From contig JAOQIN010000001.1 of the NCBI GenBank assembly GCA_026134085.1, forward strand, positions 21,344 through 85,343: a stretch of 64,000 nucleotides of DNA, written 5' to 3'. Below the pieces are notes generated by a model. It saw nothing but the letters and a program-made list of their open reading frames with translations, was not told the DNA's origin and did no database searches. A program made the position numbers and the translations under genes. Of this stretch, positions 1 through 7,959 are shown in pieces; position 1 is the stretch's first letter, and each line of letters begins with the position of its first letter. This DNA comes from Candidatus Methanoxibalbensis ujae (GTDB taxonomy: Archaea > Halobacteriota > Syntropharchaeia > Alkanophagales > Methanospirareceae).

Positions 1-65
1 TTGATGAAATGCCTCGCTGCTGCCGATGACGCTGCTGCCGATGACAGCGCAGGAAGTCAGGCGCA

Positions 66-78
66 TTTTTATAAAAAG
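66..78 (+). promoter_or_regulatory. TATA-box-like element (ttttataaaaag) about 25-30 nt upstream of the uS14 start
   Basis: An A/T octamer sits at archaeal promoter spacing from the ATG at 99. Confidence 0.35.
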
Positions 79-98
79 AGGAGTCGCTACATATAGTG

Positions 99-254
99 AT
101 GGCGAAGGAGCGTCGGAAGATATACGGGAGAAGTGCACACGAATGCCGAAGATGCGGGCGCAAGCGAGGATTAATACGCAAATATGGCATATACCTGTGC
201 AGGCAGTGCTTCCGCCAGATAGCAAAAGATATCGGGTTCAGAAAGTATAATTGA
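99..254 (+). CDS. rps14: 30S ribosomal protein uS14 (type Z, zinc-binding)
   Basis: Hand translation in the third forward frame gives [51 protein letters not shown]. It has the CxxC...CxxC zinc ribbon and the KYGL/CRQCFR uS14 signature. The ORF-track frame (26..250) is a different, non-homologous frame. Confidence 0.7.
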   Translation: MAKERRKIYGRSAHECRRCGRKRGLIRKYGIYLCRQCFRQIAKDIGFRKYN

Positions 255-350
255 GAGGTAAGGAGATTGAGATTGTGATGAGATGATGATGATGAAAATG
301 AAGATAAAGATAAAGAGAGGGGAAGAAAGGAGAAAGAGGAACAGGGAGGA

Positions 351-749
351 TTGAAAATGTCGCTGAATGATCCGCTCTCAGACGCTTTGTCGCACATAAA
401 AAATGTTGAACATATAGGTAAAAGGGAGTGCATAATAAAACCTGCGTCAAAATTGATAGGAAATGTTCTGAGAGTGATGCAGGAAGAGGGATATGTGAGG
501 GAATTTGAGTTCATAGATGATGGAAAATCGGGAATGTTTCGTGTGAAGCTTTGCGGAAGGATAAACAACTGCAATGCTATAAAGCCGAGATTTCCAGTGA
601 AGGCTCGCGAATATGAGAGATGGGAGAAGCAATACCTGCCCGCAAGAGACTTCGGAATACTTATCGTCACGACTTCAAAAGGGGTGATGTCACATCGCAC
701 TGCGATTAAAGAGGGTGTGGGCGGTCGTCTGCTCGCATTTGTCTATTGA
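351..749 (+). CDS. rps8: 30S ribosomal protein uS8
   Basis: It is 132 aa. The N-terminus [16 protein letters not shown] and the overall length match uS8. It follows uS14 as in the spc cluster, but no uL6 follows. Confidence 0.8.
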   Translation: MKMSLNDPLSDALSHIKNVEHIGKRECIIKPASKLIGNVLRVMQEEGYVREFEFIDDGKSGMFRVKLCGRINNCNAIKPRFPVKAREYERWEKQYLPARDFGILIVTTSKGVMSHRTAIKEGVGGRLLAFVY

Positions 750-848
750 GCGTCGAGAGATTTCAATTCTGAAAGGGGATATTCTCAAAACGAGCGAGTG
801 ATAATCTCACATAAACTCTGTTGGCGATATTAAAAACGGAGGTGAGAG

Positions 849-1139
849 ATGGGGGAGCCGCCACCAACTGTGAAAGTGAGGTTTTACGCCACACTGCGCG
901 AGATAACGAACACTGCAGAAATTGACATAGCGTGTGAGAGATGTCGGGATGTTGGGGATGTGTTGAAAGTGCTCATCTCAAAATTCGGGGATGCTTTTGA
1001 GAAGGAGATATATGAAAAAGGAGATCTGAAAGTGAAGATATTACTGAATGGTCGTGATATTGAGTTCATAGATAGGCTGAGGAGTGCAGTATCAGCGGAT
1101 GATGTCCTTCATTTGTTCCCTCCGATAGGCGGTGGATAA
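849..1139 (+). CDS. MoaD/ThiS-family ubiquitin-like sulfur carrier (SAMP-like), C-terminal GG
   Basis: It is 96 aa and ends in PPIGGG. It has the beta-grasp-like length and pattern of MoaD/SAMP proteins. Confidence 0.55.
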   Translation: MGEPPPTVKVRFYATLREITNTAEIDIACERCRDVGDVLKVLISKFGDAFEKEIYEKGDLKVKILLNGRDIEFIDRLRSAVSADDVLHLFPPIGGG

Positions 1140-1179
1140 TTTTTGTCCTCTCAAAGCAATTGTTTCAATTCATCCAAAC

Positions 1180-1370
1180 CGCCAACATCCAACACTGACA
1201 TCCAACACCGCCAAACGCCGAAGTTCGCCAGCGCTCCACTCATCTGAGCGCTCTTTATATGCTGCTCGCCGCAATTTTTTCCATTTTTTTCCATTATTTT
1301 ATTTCCATTATCCATTATTTCCATTATTATGATTGAATTATTATGATTGAGACAGGAGAAGAGCGTGCTC
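1180..1370. repeat. Intergenic short tandem repeat cluster (catccaaca, tttttttccat, ccattatttccatta, attatgattga units)
   Basis: Several short direct repeats are visible between MoaD-like and the APS-kinase-like gene. Confidence 0.6.
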
Positions 1371-1423
1371 AATCTGCCTATCACGAATCATGGGGGATAA
1401 GACACAGCCACTCACAAAGCCAC

Positions 1424-1960
1424 TCACAATAAATGCTCCTTCACGAAATCCGCAATCCTCCTCGCACACTCCTCAGCACTCATTTTTTCCGTGTCAACGA
1501 CGACTTCGGGATGCAAGGGCTCTTCGTAAGGCACATTCACGCCTGGAACCGTTGCATGCTCTTTCAAAGCCTTCCTGTAAATTCCTGCAGGAGAATGCCC
1601 GGTTTTCCGCACTTTTTCACGATTCATCGCAGTTGAAAGCGAGCATTTCACATGAACTTCCGCAAACCTCTTAATAAGCGACCTTGCACGCTCCCTGAAA
1701 CGACGGCGGTTTGCGGTTGCATCGATTATAACAGGCTGACCGCACTCAACAAGCAGCTTCGCCATGTATGCGAGTGCGGCATAGACAATCTCACGCTCCT
1801 CCTCTGAGTATGTTGGGTGAGGCGTCAGAAACTTCCTTATTTCGTCAAGCTCAAGAATCCTTGCGGAAATCCTCATATCACTGAGCATTTCACGCAGTCT
1901 CATTGCAATCGTCGTCTTCCCGCTTCCTGGAATTCCAGTGAGCCAGATCGCAAAACTCAT
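1424..1960 (-). CDS. Adenylylsulfate (APS) kinase-like P-loop kinase
   Basis: The Walker A IWLTGIPGSGKTTIA closely resembles the CysC motif (WLTGLSGSGKST). The size is about 178 aa. Confidence 0.5.
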   Translation of the reverse strand: MSFAIWLTGIPGSGKTTIAMRLREMLSDMRISARILELDEIRKFLTPHPTYSEEEREIVYAALAYMAKLLVECGQPVIIDATANRRRFRERARSLIKRFAEVHVKCSLSTAMNREKVRKTGHSPAGIYRKALKEHATVPGVNVPYEEPLHPEVVVDTEKMSAEECARRIADFVKEHLL

Positions 1961-1984
1961 CTCCTCCGCCCCTTCCCGTTCTCA

Positions 1985-2057
1985 CATCGTGGGATTCGCA
2001 TCGTGGGATTCGCATCGTGAGATTCGCATCATGGGATTCGCATCATGGGATTTTCAC
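1985..2057. repeat. Tandem repeat of about 15 bp, about 5 copies (CATCGTGGGATTCG variants)
   Basis: The repeat is directly visible: catcgtgggattcg, catcgtgggattcg, catcgtgagattcg, catcatgggattcg, catcatggga. Confidence 0.75.
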
Positions 2058-2948
2058 ATCTTTTCCGAGTTTTCCGATGGCATCTGCCCTGCACCGACGG
2101 CAATGCATCATCTGCTTTATGTATTTTGCGCATTCTTCCTGCACTTTCCTCTTCTGCTCAGGCGAAGGAGGCGGTATATCCGCGAACTTGAACTGAGGGA
2201 TGAGCGGTATGATGTTATGGATGTAAGCGCCGAGCGCTGAAATGCGCTTTGCAATTTCCACAACATGCATGTCGTTCACTGTTGGTATTAACACTGTGTT
2301 AACTTTAACCAATATTTTCCTTTTTACCGCCTCCTCAACTCCCTTCAACTGATTCTCAATTAAAATTCTCGCACCTTCTTCGCCGCTGTATCGCCTGTCA
2401 TGATAGTTGATGAAGGAATATATGTTTTTGCCTATCTCAGGGTCAATTGCGTTTATCGTGACAGTGATTGTTGATATTCCGAGAGAATGAAGCTCATCTA
2501 TTTTCTCAGGAAGCAACAAGCCGTTCGTGCTGACGCATCTCAACAGGAAAGGAAATTCCTCCCTGAGCAGGCGAAATGTCTCAAATGTCTCACTGTTGAA
2601 AAGCGGCTCCCCAGGACCTGCAACCGCAACCACTTTTATGTAATGCAGCCTTTTCATCACTTCACGAACGCGCTCAATCGCCTCTTCAGGCGTCAGAACC
2701 TTGCTTGTGACGCCGGGTCTTGATTCATTCACGCAATCAAATTTGCGAATGCAGTAATTACACTGAATGTTGCACTTCGGAGCAACAGGCAGATGCATCC
2801 TGCCAAAAATGTGGCATGCTTCCCTGCTGAAACACGGATGTTCTTTTATTTTCCGAAGCTGCACGGGGTCAAATGGAACTTTCCTCCCCTCAACAACAGC
2901 GTATGACTGCTCATCGCCTCCTTCGCTTCTCCTTGATACAGAATGCAT
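2043..2948 (-). CDS. nifB: NifB-type radical SAM protein (FeMo-cofactor biosynthesis NifB core, no NifX domain)
   Basis: It has the HPCFSREACHIFGRMHLPVAPKCNIQCNYCIRKFDC motif, which matches the NifB consensus HPC...CNIQCNYCNRKYDC. The ORF track extends to 3422, but the first 158 codons are low-complexity antisense of the TiaS repeat. The start is probably M159 at about 2948. Confidence 0.65.
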   Translation of the reverse strand: MHSVSRRSEGGDEQSYAVVEGRKVPFDPVQLRKIKEHPCFSREACHIFGRMHLPVAPKCNIQCNYCIRKFDCVNESRPGVTSKVLTPEEAIERVREVMKRLHYIKVVAVAGPGEPLFNSETFETFRLLREEFPFLLRCVSTNGLLLPEKIDELHSLGISTITVTINAIDPEIGKNIYSFINYHDRRYSGEEGARILIENQLKGVEEAVKRKILVKVNTVLIPTVNDMHVVEIAKRISALGAYIHNIIPLIPQFKFADIPPPSPEQKRKVQEECAKYIKQMMHCRRCRADAIGKLGKDVKIP

Positions 2949-3093
2949 GCTTTTATCGTTGAGCTTTGAATTATATATCGTATTGTTTTTGTGTGCATTT
3001 TCAGTTGCTTCAGTTGCGGTGAGTTCAGGCTGCGAGCTCCGGTCTGACAGATCTTCCGGCGGGTGTGAGAAGAGAAGTGAGGTACTGTGAGGA

Positions 3094-4647
3094 ATGCTTG
3101 TAGGTATTGATGACACGGATTCGCGGAAGGGCATGTGCACCACATATCTCTGCGCTTTAATCGTGGACGAGCTGAGGGAGCGAGGATTTTCAGTGTCAAC
3201 GCCGATGCTCGTGAGATTGAACCCTGCAATACCTTTTAAGACAAGAGGGAACGGCGCAGTTTCCCTAGAAGTGCGAAAGCCGGGCACTTCCTCAAAATCA
3301 TCGCCAGCAGCATCATCTGAGGAGCCAGCAGCGTCCATAGAGTCCATAGGGTCCATAGGGTCCATAGAGTCCATAGAGTCCTGGGAAAAATATGTGCGAT
3401 CGTTTGTGATTGCATGCATCAATGATTATGCGGAGGTGGATGATGAGAACACGCATCCAGGTGCGGTATTTGCATATGACAGCATTTTGAAAGAGATCTG
3501 TGAGGACAGGGATAAAAAGAACATTCTCACAGGGTTTTACACAAGTGCTGTGAAAACAATGCTGAACACAGAAGATGCGTTGCGTGTGATTTCAGCGCTT
3601 CGCCTGGATTTTTTCGCGATGAAAAATGGGAGAGGTGTGATAGGCGCGTTGGCAGCACTCTCGTTTAACGCCGCTCTCCGTCTGGGTATATCGCATGACA
3701 TCACATATGAGCTGCTTGCGTATCGTCGTAGGGAGAGGTGGGGAACACGCCGTGAGATAGATGAAGAGAGCGTGTGGAAAGCTCATCTCGCCACATATCC
3801 TCTGACATGGGACACGGTTGACGAGGAAAACAGGAAAATTGTGTTCGCGCCTCATTCTCCCTGCCCGGTGCTCTTCGGCATTCGCGGCGACAGCATACCC
3901 TCAATTCTCACAGCACGCAGCATCATACGCTCTGAGCCCACTGAACGTGAAATGATTTTCATCACAAATCAGGGAACCGACGCACATCTCATCAATTTCT
4001 GCAGAGAAGCGCATGAACTTGAGGAGTTTCAGTCCTATGTGATCGAGGGCACAGTCGTTGAACCTCCAAAAAATCTGACAGGAGGGCATGTCGTATTCAC
4101 AATTGAAACCCGCTGCAGGTGGAATGAGCACCGTGATGAAAAGAAAAATGTGAACAGTGCGCGCGATGAAAACTGCGGTGAAAAAAACGATGAAACAGAT
4201 GAAAAATATATTGACTGCATTGCTTACGAGCCGACTAAGCAGTTTCGTGATGTTGTTCGGAGATTGATGATCGGTGATGAAGTTGTTGTTTTCGGCACTT
4301 TCAAGAGGAACACAATAAACCTTGAGAAGTTATGTGTGAAGAGTCTTGTCCGCCATGTAGTCAGAAATCCAAGATGTCCCTCATGTGGAAGGCGCATGGA
4401 ATCCGCTGGCAGAGGACAGGGTTTCAGGTGCAGGCAGTGCAGGACTTATGAGCAAAAAAAAGCGGTTGAGCGCATAGAAAGAAAAATAAAAGAAGGCTTC
4501 TATGAAGTGCCTCCATCAGCAAGAAGACACATCTCAAAACCAATCGTGAGAATGCAACTCAACACGCTCCCTCAACACACCCCGCTCACACCACTACGCT
4601 CACACACCACACACTCAGCGCACTCTCTCAAAAGAGAGAGATTGTGA
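3094..4647 (+). CDS. tiaS: tRNA(Ile2) 2-agmatinylcytidine synthetase TiaS
   Basis: The N-terminus MLVGIDDTDSRKGMCTTYLCALI matches the TiaS signature (IGIDDTDS..GMCTTY). It has a C-terminal zinc ribbon CPSCGRRM...CRQCRT. It also carries an in-frame ESIGSIGSIESIES insert. Confidence 0.7.
   Translation: MLVGIDDTDSRKGMCTTYLCALIVDELRERGFSVSTPMLVRLNPAIPFKTRGNGAVSLEVRKPGTSSKSSPAASSEEPAASIESIGSIGSIESIESWEKYVRSFVIACINDYAEVDDENTHPGAVFAYDSILKEICEDRDKKNILTGFYTSAVKTMLNTEDALRVISALRLDFFAMKNGRGVIGALAALSFNAALRLGISHDITYELLAYRRRERWGTRREIDEESVWKAHLATYPLTWDTVDEENRKIVFAPHSPCPVLFGIRGDSIPSILTARSIIRSEPTEREMIFITNQGTDAHLINFCREAHELEEFQSYVIEGTVVEPPKNLTGGHVVFTIETRCRWNEHRDEKKNVNSARDENCGEKNDETDEKYIDCIAYEPTKQFRDVVRRLMIGDEVVVFGTFKRNTINLEKLCVKSLVRHVVRNPRCPSCGRRMESAGRGQGFRCRQCRTYEQKKAVERIERKIKEGFYEVPPSARRHISKPIVRMQLNTLPQHTPLTPLRSHTTHSAHSLKRERL
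3338..3388 (+). repeat. In-frame tandem 9/12-bp repeat (catagagtccatagggtccatagggtccatagagtccatagagtcc) inside tiaS
   Basis: It is visible in the DNA and encodes the low-complexity ESIGSIGSIESIES segment. Confidence 0.7.
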
Positions 4648-4771
4648 GGAGAAGCAGCCTCTTGAGCCTGCATCCATCCATCCTCATCTACATCCAGCCT
4701 CATCCAAAATCGGCTTTCCGTGTTGTTGTTGTGGTGAGGAGGAGTGAGTATGCTGTCAGCGCGCTATCATT

Positions 4772-5926
4772 TTAGTGACGGTGAAGGGAGCTGTGGACAA
4801 AAAAGAAGGATAGTGCGGAGAGAAGCAGTATCGTTGATGATGGAATAAACACTTTATCAGAGATTGATATGAACACAGCGGACAGTGCGGACCCTGCTAT
4901 CAACCCGCCTATCTTGGCGATCTCAAAAATGCCTGAGAAGGAGCCATATCTGGAGCGAGGCACGATGTCAGCCACCCTTGCCTCCATGAGAGGCTCTGAG
5001 ATGGTGTTACCGATTGATGCAAGCAGAACAAACAGTATGAGGACTTCGTATGATTCTGAAAAGCTGAGAGGTATTGTTGAAACAGCCGAGATAAACATTC
5101 CGATTCCCACGAAAGAAGTCTTCCCCACGCGATCGCTCACCTTTCCCAGCGGAATTTGAATTATGATGAATGGTATCAGGGATACTGCGAACCAGAGAGC
5201 GATGTGAAAATGTCTATATCCCAAATTTTCAAGGAAAAGTGGACCGAAAACCCACTTTGCCGCATACCAGAAATACAGAGAGAATGTGCAGAAAAAAAGA
5301 AATCTGAGCTCCTTTTGAGAGGATGCATTTTTTTCTTCTGTTTTCCTGTCTCTCCGCTCACGATCCTCCTCATTCACTGTCTCCTCAAGACAGAACACTA
5401 TGGGAAGAGATGCGAGTGTGAGAAGTGTTGCGAACAGGTAGGGGGAGCGAAGTCCAAAATACATCTCAAGTGTTCCAGCGATGATCACACCTGCAAAAAA
5501 ACCTGCGTTCGCAAATGTTCCGAATATTGATCTGAACTCCCCTCTCCGCTCAACAGGCGATATGTCTTTTACAAACGCTTCTCCTGTTATCCAGAGAGGT
5601 AATGCAAACAGCACAAGACCCGTTTGAAGCGGTATGAGTGCAATGGCCATCTTATTCACATAAAATGCGAAGAATATGAGCGAAGTTGACACAAATGATA
5701 TTATGAGCATTCTCTTCCTTCCGATCGTATCGGAGAGTCTGCCCACGGGAAAACAGAGGATGATCTCAACCATATATGCGACGCTCGCTATCAGCCCCAC
5801 AAAACACTCATCAGCGAAGAAAGAACGCAGATATCTCGGGTGAACAGTCGCAACAGCAGCTGATGATATGCAGAAGAACAGCATAGCCACCGAGAACGCG
5901 ATCAGTTGCTTTTGCTGCACCATCAT
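4772..5926 (-). CDS. MFS transporter
   Basis: It is 384 aa with multiple TM segments and the GRLSDTIGRKRM MFS loop motif. Confidence 0.65.
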   Translation of the reverse strand: MMVQQKQLIAFSVAMLFFCISSAAVATVHPRYLRSFFADECFVGLIASVAYMVEIILCFPVGRLSDTIGRKRMLIISFVSTSLIFFAFYVNKMAIALIPLQTGLVLFALPLWITGEAFVKDISPVERRGEFRSIFGTFANAGFFAGVIIAGTLEMYFGLRSPYLFATLLTLASLPIVFCLEETVNEEDRERRDRKTEEKNASSQKELRFLFFCTFSLYFWYAAKWVFGPLFLENLGYRHFHIALWFAVSLIPFIIIQIPLGKVSDRVGKTSFVGIGMFISAVSTIPLSFSESYEVLILFVLLASIGNTISEPLMEARVADIVPRSRYGSFSGIFEIAKIGGLIAGSALSAVFISISDKVFIPSSTILLLSALSFFFVHSSLHRH

Positions 5927-5942
5927 TTTATTTTATCAGTGG

Positions 5943-6920
5943 ATGAAACGGGAAAATATGCGCAGGGAATGGCTGCATGAGGCATCAGATGTCAGCGCGG
6001 ATGATTTCGAACGGATACTCAACGAATCCTCCAAAATACTGAGCGAGGAGAGGAGGAGAAGACTTGAAAGCGGTCTCATATACATATCATCGCGCAGAAT
6101 AATGGTTGTTGGAGATATTCACGGAGATCTTGAGAGTTTATCCCGTATCATCAACGATTTTTTCACATATAATGTTGACAAAATTGTCTTTCTTGGAGAT
6201 TATGGGGACAGAGGAGACAGAAGTGTTGAGGTTTATTATACGCTTTTGAGATTTAAAATGATTGTTGATGCGAGCGCTGAAGAGGAGCATGCCTCCGAAA
6301 CAGAGCGAGAGCGGAAAGATGAAGAGGCGCGCGTGATACTGCTCAGGGGCAATCACGAAGGTCCGCCCGACCTGCCTGTGCTCCCTCATGAGCTTCCGTT
6401 CTTCTTCGGAAAAAAATACGGAGCGCGAGGAAGGCGGTTGTATGAGAGAGTTGTAGCCCTCTGGGATCTTCTGCCTCATGCAGTTTTCGTAAAATGTGAG
6501 AGAGGCGGAGGTTACCTGCTCATGCACGGCGGCGTTCCTGAAAACACCCGGTCTGTGGAGGACATCGCATACGCACACCTGCGCCACCCGCAGACGAGCG
6601 ATTTTGAAGAGATACTGTGGAACGACCCGATGGAGGACGAAGGTTGCACATTTTCTATGCGAGGTGCAGGAAAGAGATTTGGTAATGATGTGACAGAGCG
6701 AGTTCTGCGCATTATAAATGCGGATACGCTCATCAGGAGCCATGAACCATGTGAGAATGGTTATTCAATAGCCCATAACGGAAAAATTCTTACTATTTTC
6801 TCGCGAAAAGGTGCTCCTTACTTCAATAATCATGCGGCTTATCTTCTTCTGAACAGCAGCGCATTGATAAAAGCGAAAAATGCATACGAACTCGCATCTG
6901 AAAACATCGTGATATGGTAG
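5943..6920 (+). CDS. PPP-family metallophosphoesterase / Ser-Thr protein phosphatase
   Basis: It has the GDIHGD, GDYGDRGD and GNHE motifs. The ORF track starts at 5868, which overlaps the MFS gene start, so the start is more likely M26 at about 5943. Confidence 0.6.
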   Translation: MKRENMRREWLHEASDVSADDFERILNESSKILSEERRRRLESGLIYISSRRIMVVGDIHGDLESLSRIINDFFTYNVDKIVFLGDYGDRGDRSVEVYYTLLRFKMIVDASAEEEHASETERERKDEEARVILLRGNHEGPPDLPVLPHELPFFFGKKYGARGRRLYERVVALWDLLPHAVFVKCERGGGYLLMHGGVPENTRSVEDIAYAHLRHPQTSDFEEILWNDPMEDEGCTFSMRGAGKRFGNDVTERVLRIINADTLIRSHEPCENGYSIAHNGKILTIFSRKGAPYFNNHAAYLLLNSSALIKAKNAYELASENIVIW

Positions 6921-6929
6921 ATGCAATGA

Positions 6930-7793
6930 TCACTTCGCACGCAGTGCATCGGCAATTGCACCTGCAACACTCACTTTGCTGAACGCAGACTCAACTGTAT
7001 CTGTGGATATGATGTCACGAATGCCAGCTTTGCGCATTCTCAATAGCGCATTTTGCACAAATATTCCATGAACGCACGCCACAAACACATTCATCCCTCG
7101 CAATAAAGACGCTGCTTCAGCTATTGTTCCGCCCGTTGATATGATATCGTCAACTATGATGGCGTTTTCACCTTCAAGTGCTTTGTGCTCTATTTCAACT
7201 TCTTCTTCGCTTATCCTCTTTTTCCTGAGCACCTCATATCTGACTTTCTCACCGAACTTCTCGTAAATTGCATCTGCGAATGATTTTGCCATATCCTCAG
7301 CGCCTTTATCGGGTGCGATGACAACGATGTCGTTGAGATCTGAGAAATATGATGACAGCAGGGGGACTGCGTCTATCTCACATGCTGGAACTGTGAAATA
7401 TCGCAACACATGTTTTGAGTGCACATTCACCACAAAGACACGGCGCACATTTTCAGCGACAGCGCTTACACATCTCGCAACCACGCGAGCGCTCACTGCC
7501 TCTCCCCGCCTGAACTGCCTGTCCTGCCGTGCATAGCCCATGTATGGAATGACGACATCAACAGATTCTGTGAGGTGAGAAGCGGCATCTATGAGCTGAA
7601 GCAGACACATGAGGTCAGCGTCTGAGCGTATGCTCTGCACAACTACTGCCTCCTCATTTCTCTCCATATCAACTCGTGTGTATATCTCGCCATCCGGAAA
7701 TTTTTTGAACTCACAGAAGGCGAGTTCACATCCGAGAGCATCTGCCACGCGTGATGCAAGAATCTGCGATGAGATTCCAGATGCCACTATCAT
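6930..7793 (-). CDS. prs: Ribose-phosphate pyrophosphokinase (PRPP synthetase)
   Basis: It has the PRPP-binding region IIVDDIISTGGTI and the overall Prs architecture. The ORF starts with TTG at 7907, but the likely true start is M39 (MIVASGISSQ) at about 7793. Confidence 0.75.
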   Translation of the reverse strand: MIVASGISSQILASRVADALGCELAFCEFKKFPDGEIYTRVDMERNEEAVVVQSIRSDADLMCLLQLIDAASHLTESVDVVIPYMGYARQDRQFRRGEAVSARVVARCVSAVAENVRRVFVVNVHSKHVLRYFTVPACEIDAVPLLSSYFSDLNDIVVIAPDKGAEDMAKSFADAIYEKFGEKVRYEVLRKKRISEEEVEIEHKALEGENAIIVDDIISTGGTIAEAASLLRGMNVFVACVHGIFVQNALLRMRKAGIRDIISTDTVESAFSKVSVAGAIADALRAK

Positions 7794-7959
7794 CTCATCC
7801 GATTGGCAGCAAACTATATATTGATGGCTGTCGTGCTCACGATGGCGCCGTGCGGCTGTCCTCTCATCCTGCGGAGGATGCAATTTATATTTATGATGAG
7901 TGCGCAAGGAGTTTGCGAGTGCGTGAGGCGGTTGCGAGGAGAGCGGGTGTGTTCAAGCG

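Noticed and set aside
26-250. ORF-track 74-aa ORF (MTLLPMTAQEV...)
   Set aside because: It is out of frame with the clearly recognisable uS14 reading frame (99-254). Its product has no recognisable features.
1985-2057. CRISPR array
   Set aside because: This tandem repeat, and the others noted, consist of contiguous identical units with no unique spacers. The units are much shorter than CRISPR repeats, and no cas genes are present.
2949-3422. N-terminal 158 codons of the 459-aa NifB ORF (DSMDSMDPMD...)
   Set aside because: It is low-complexity translation of the reverse complement of the tiaS in-frame repeat and 5' end. The NifB homology starts only after M159.
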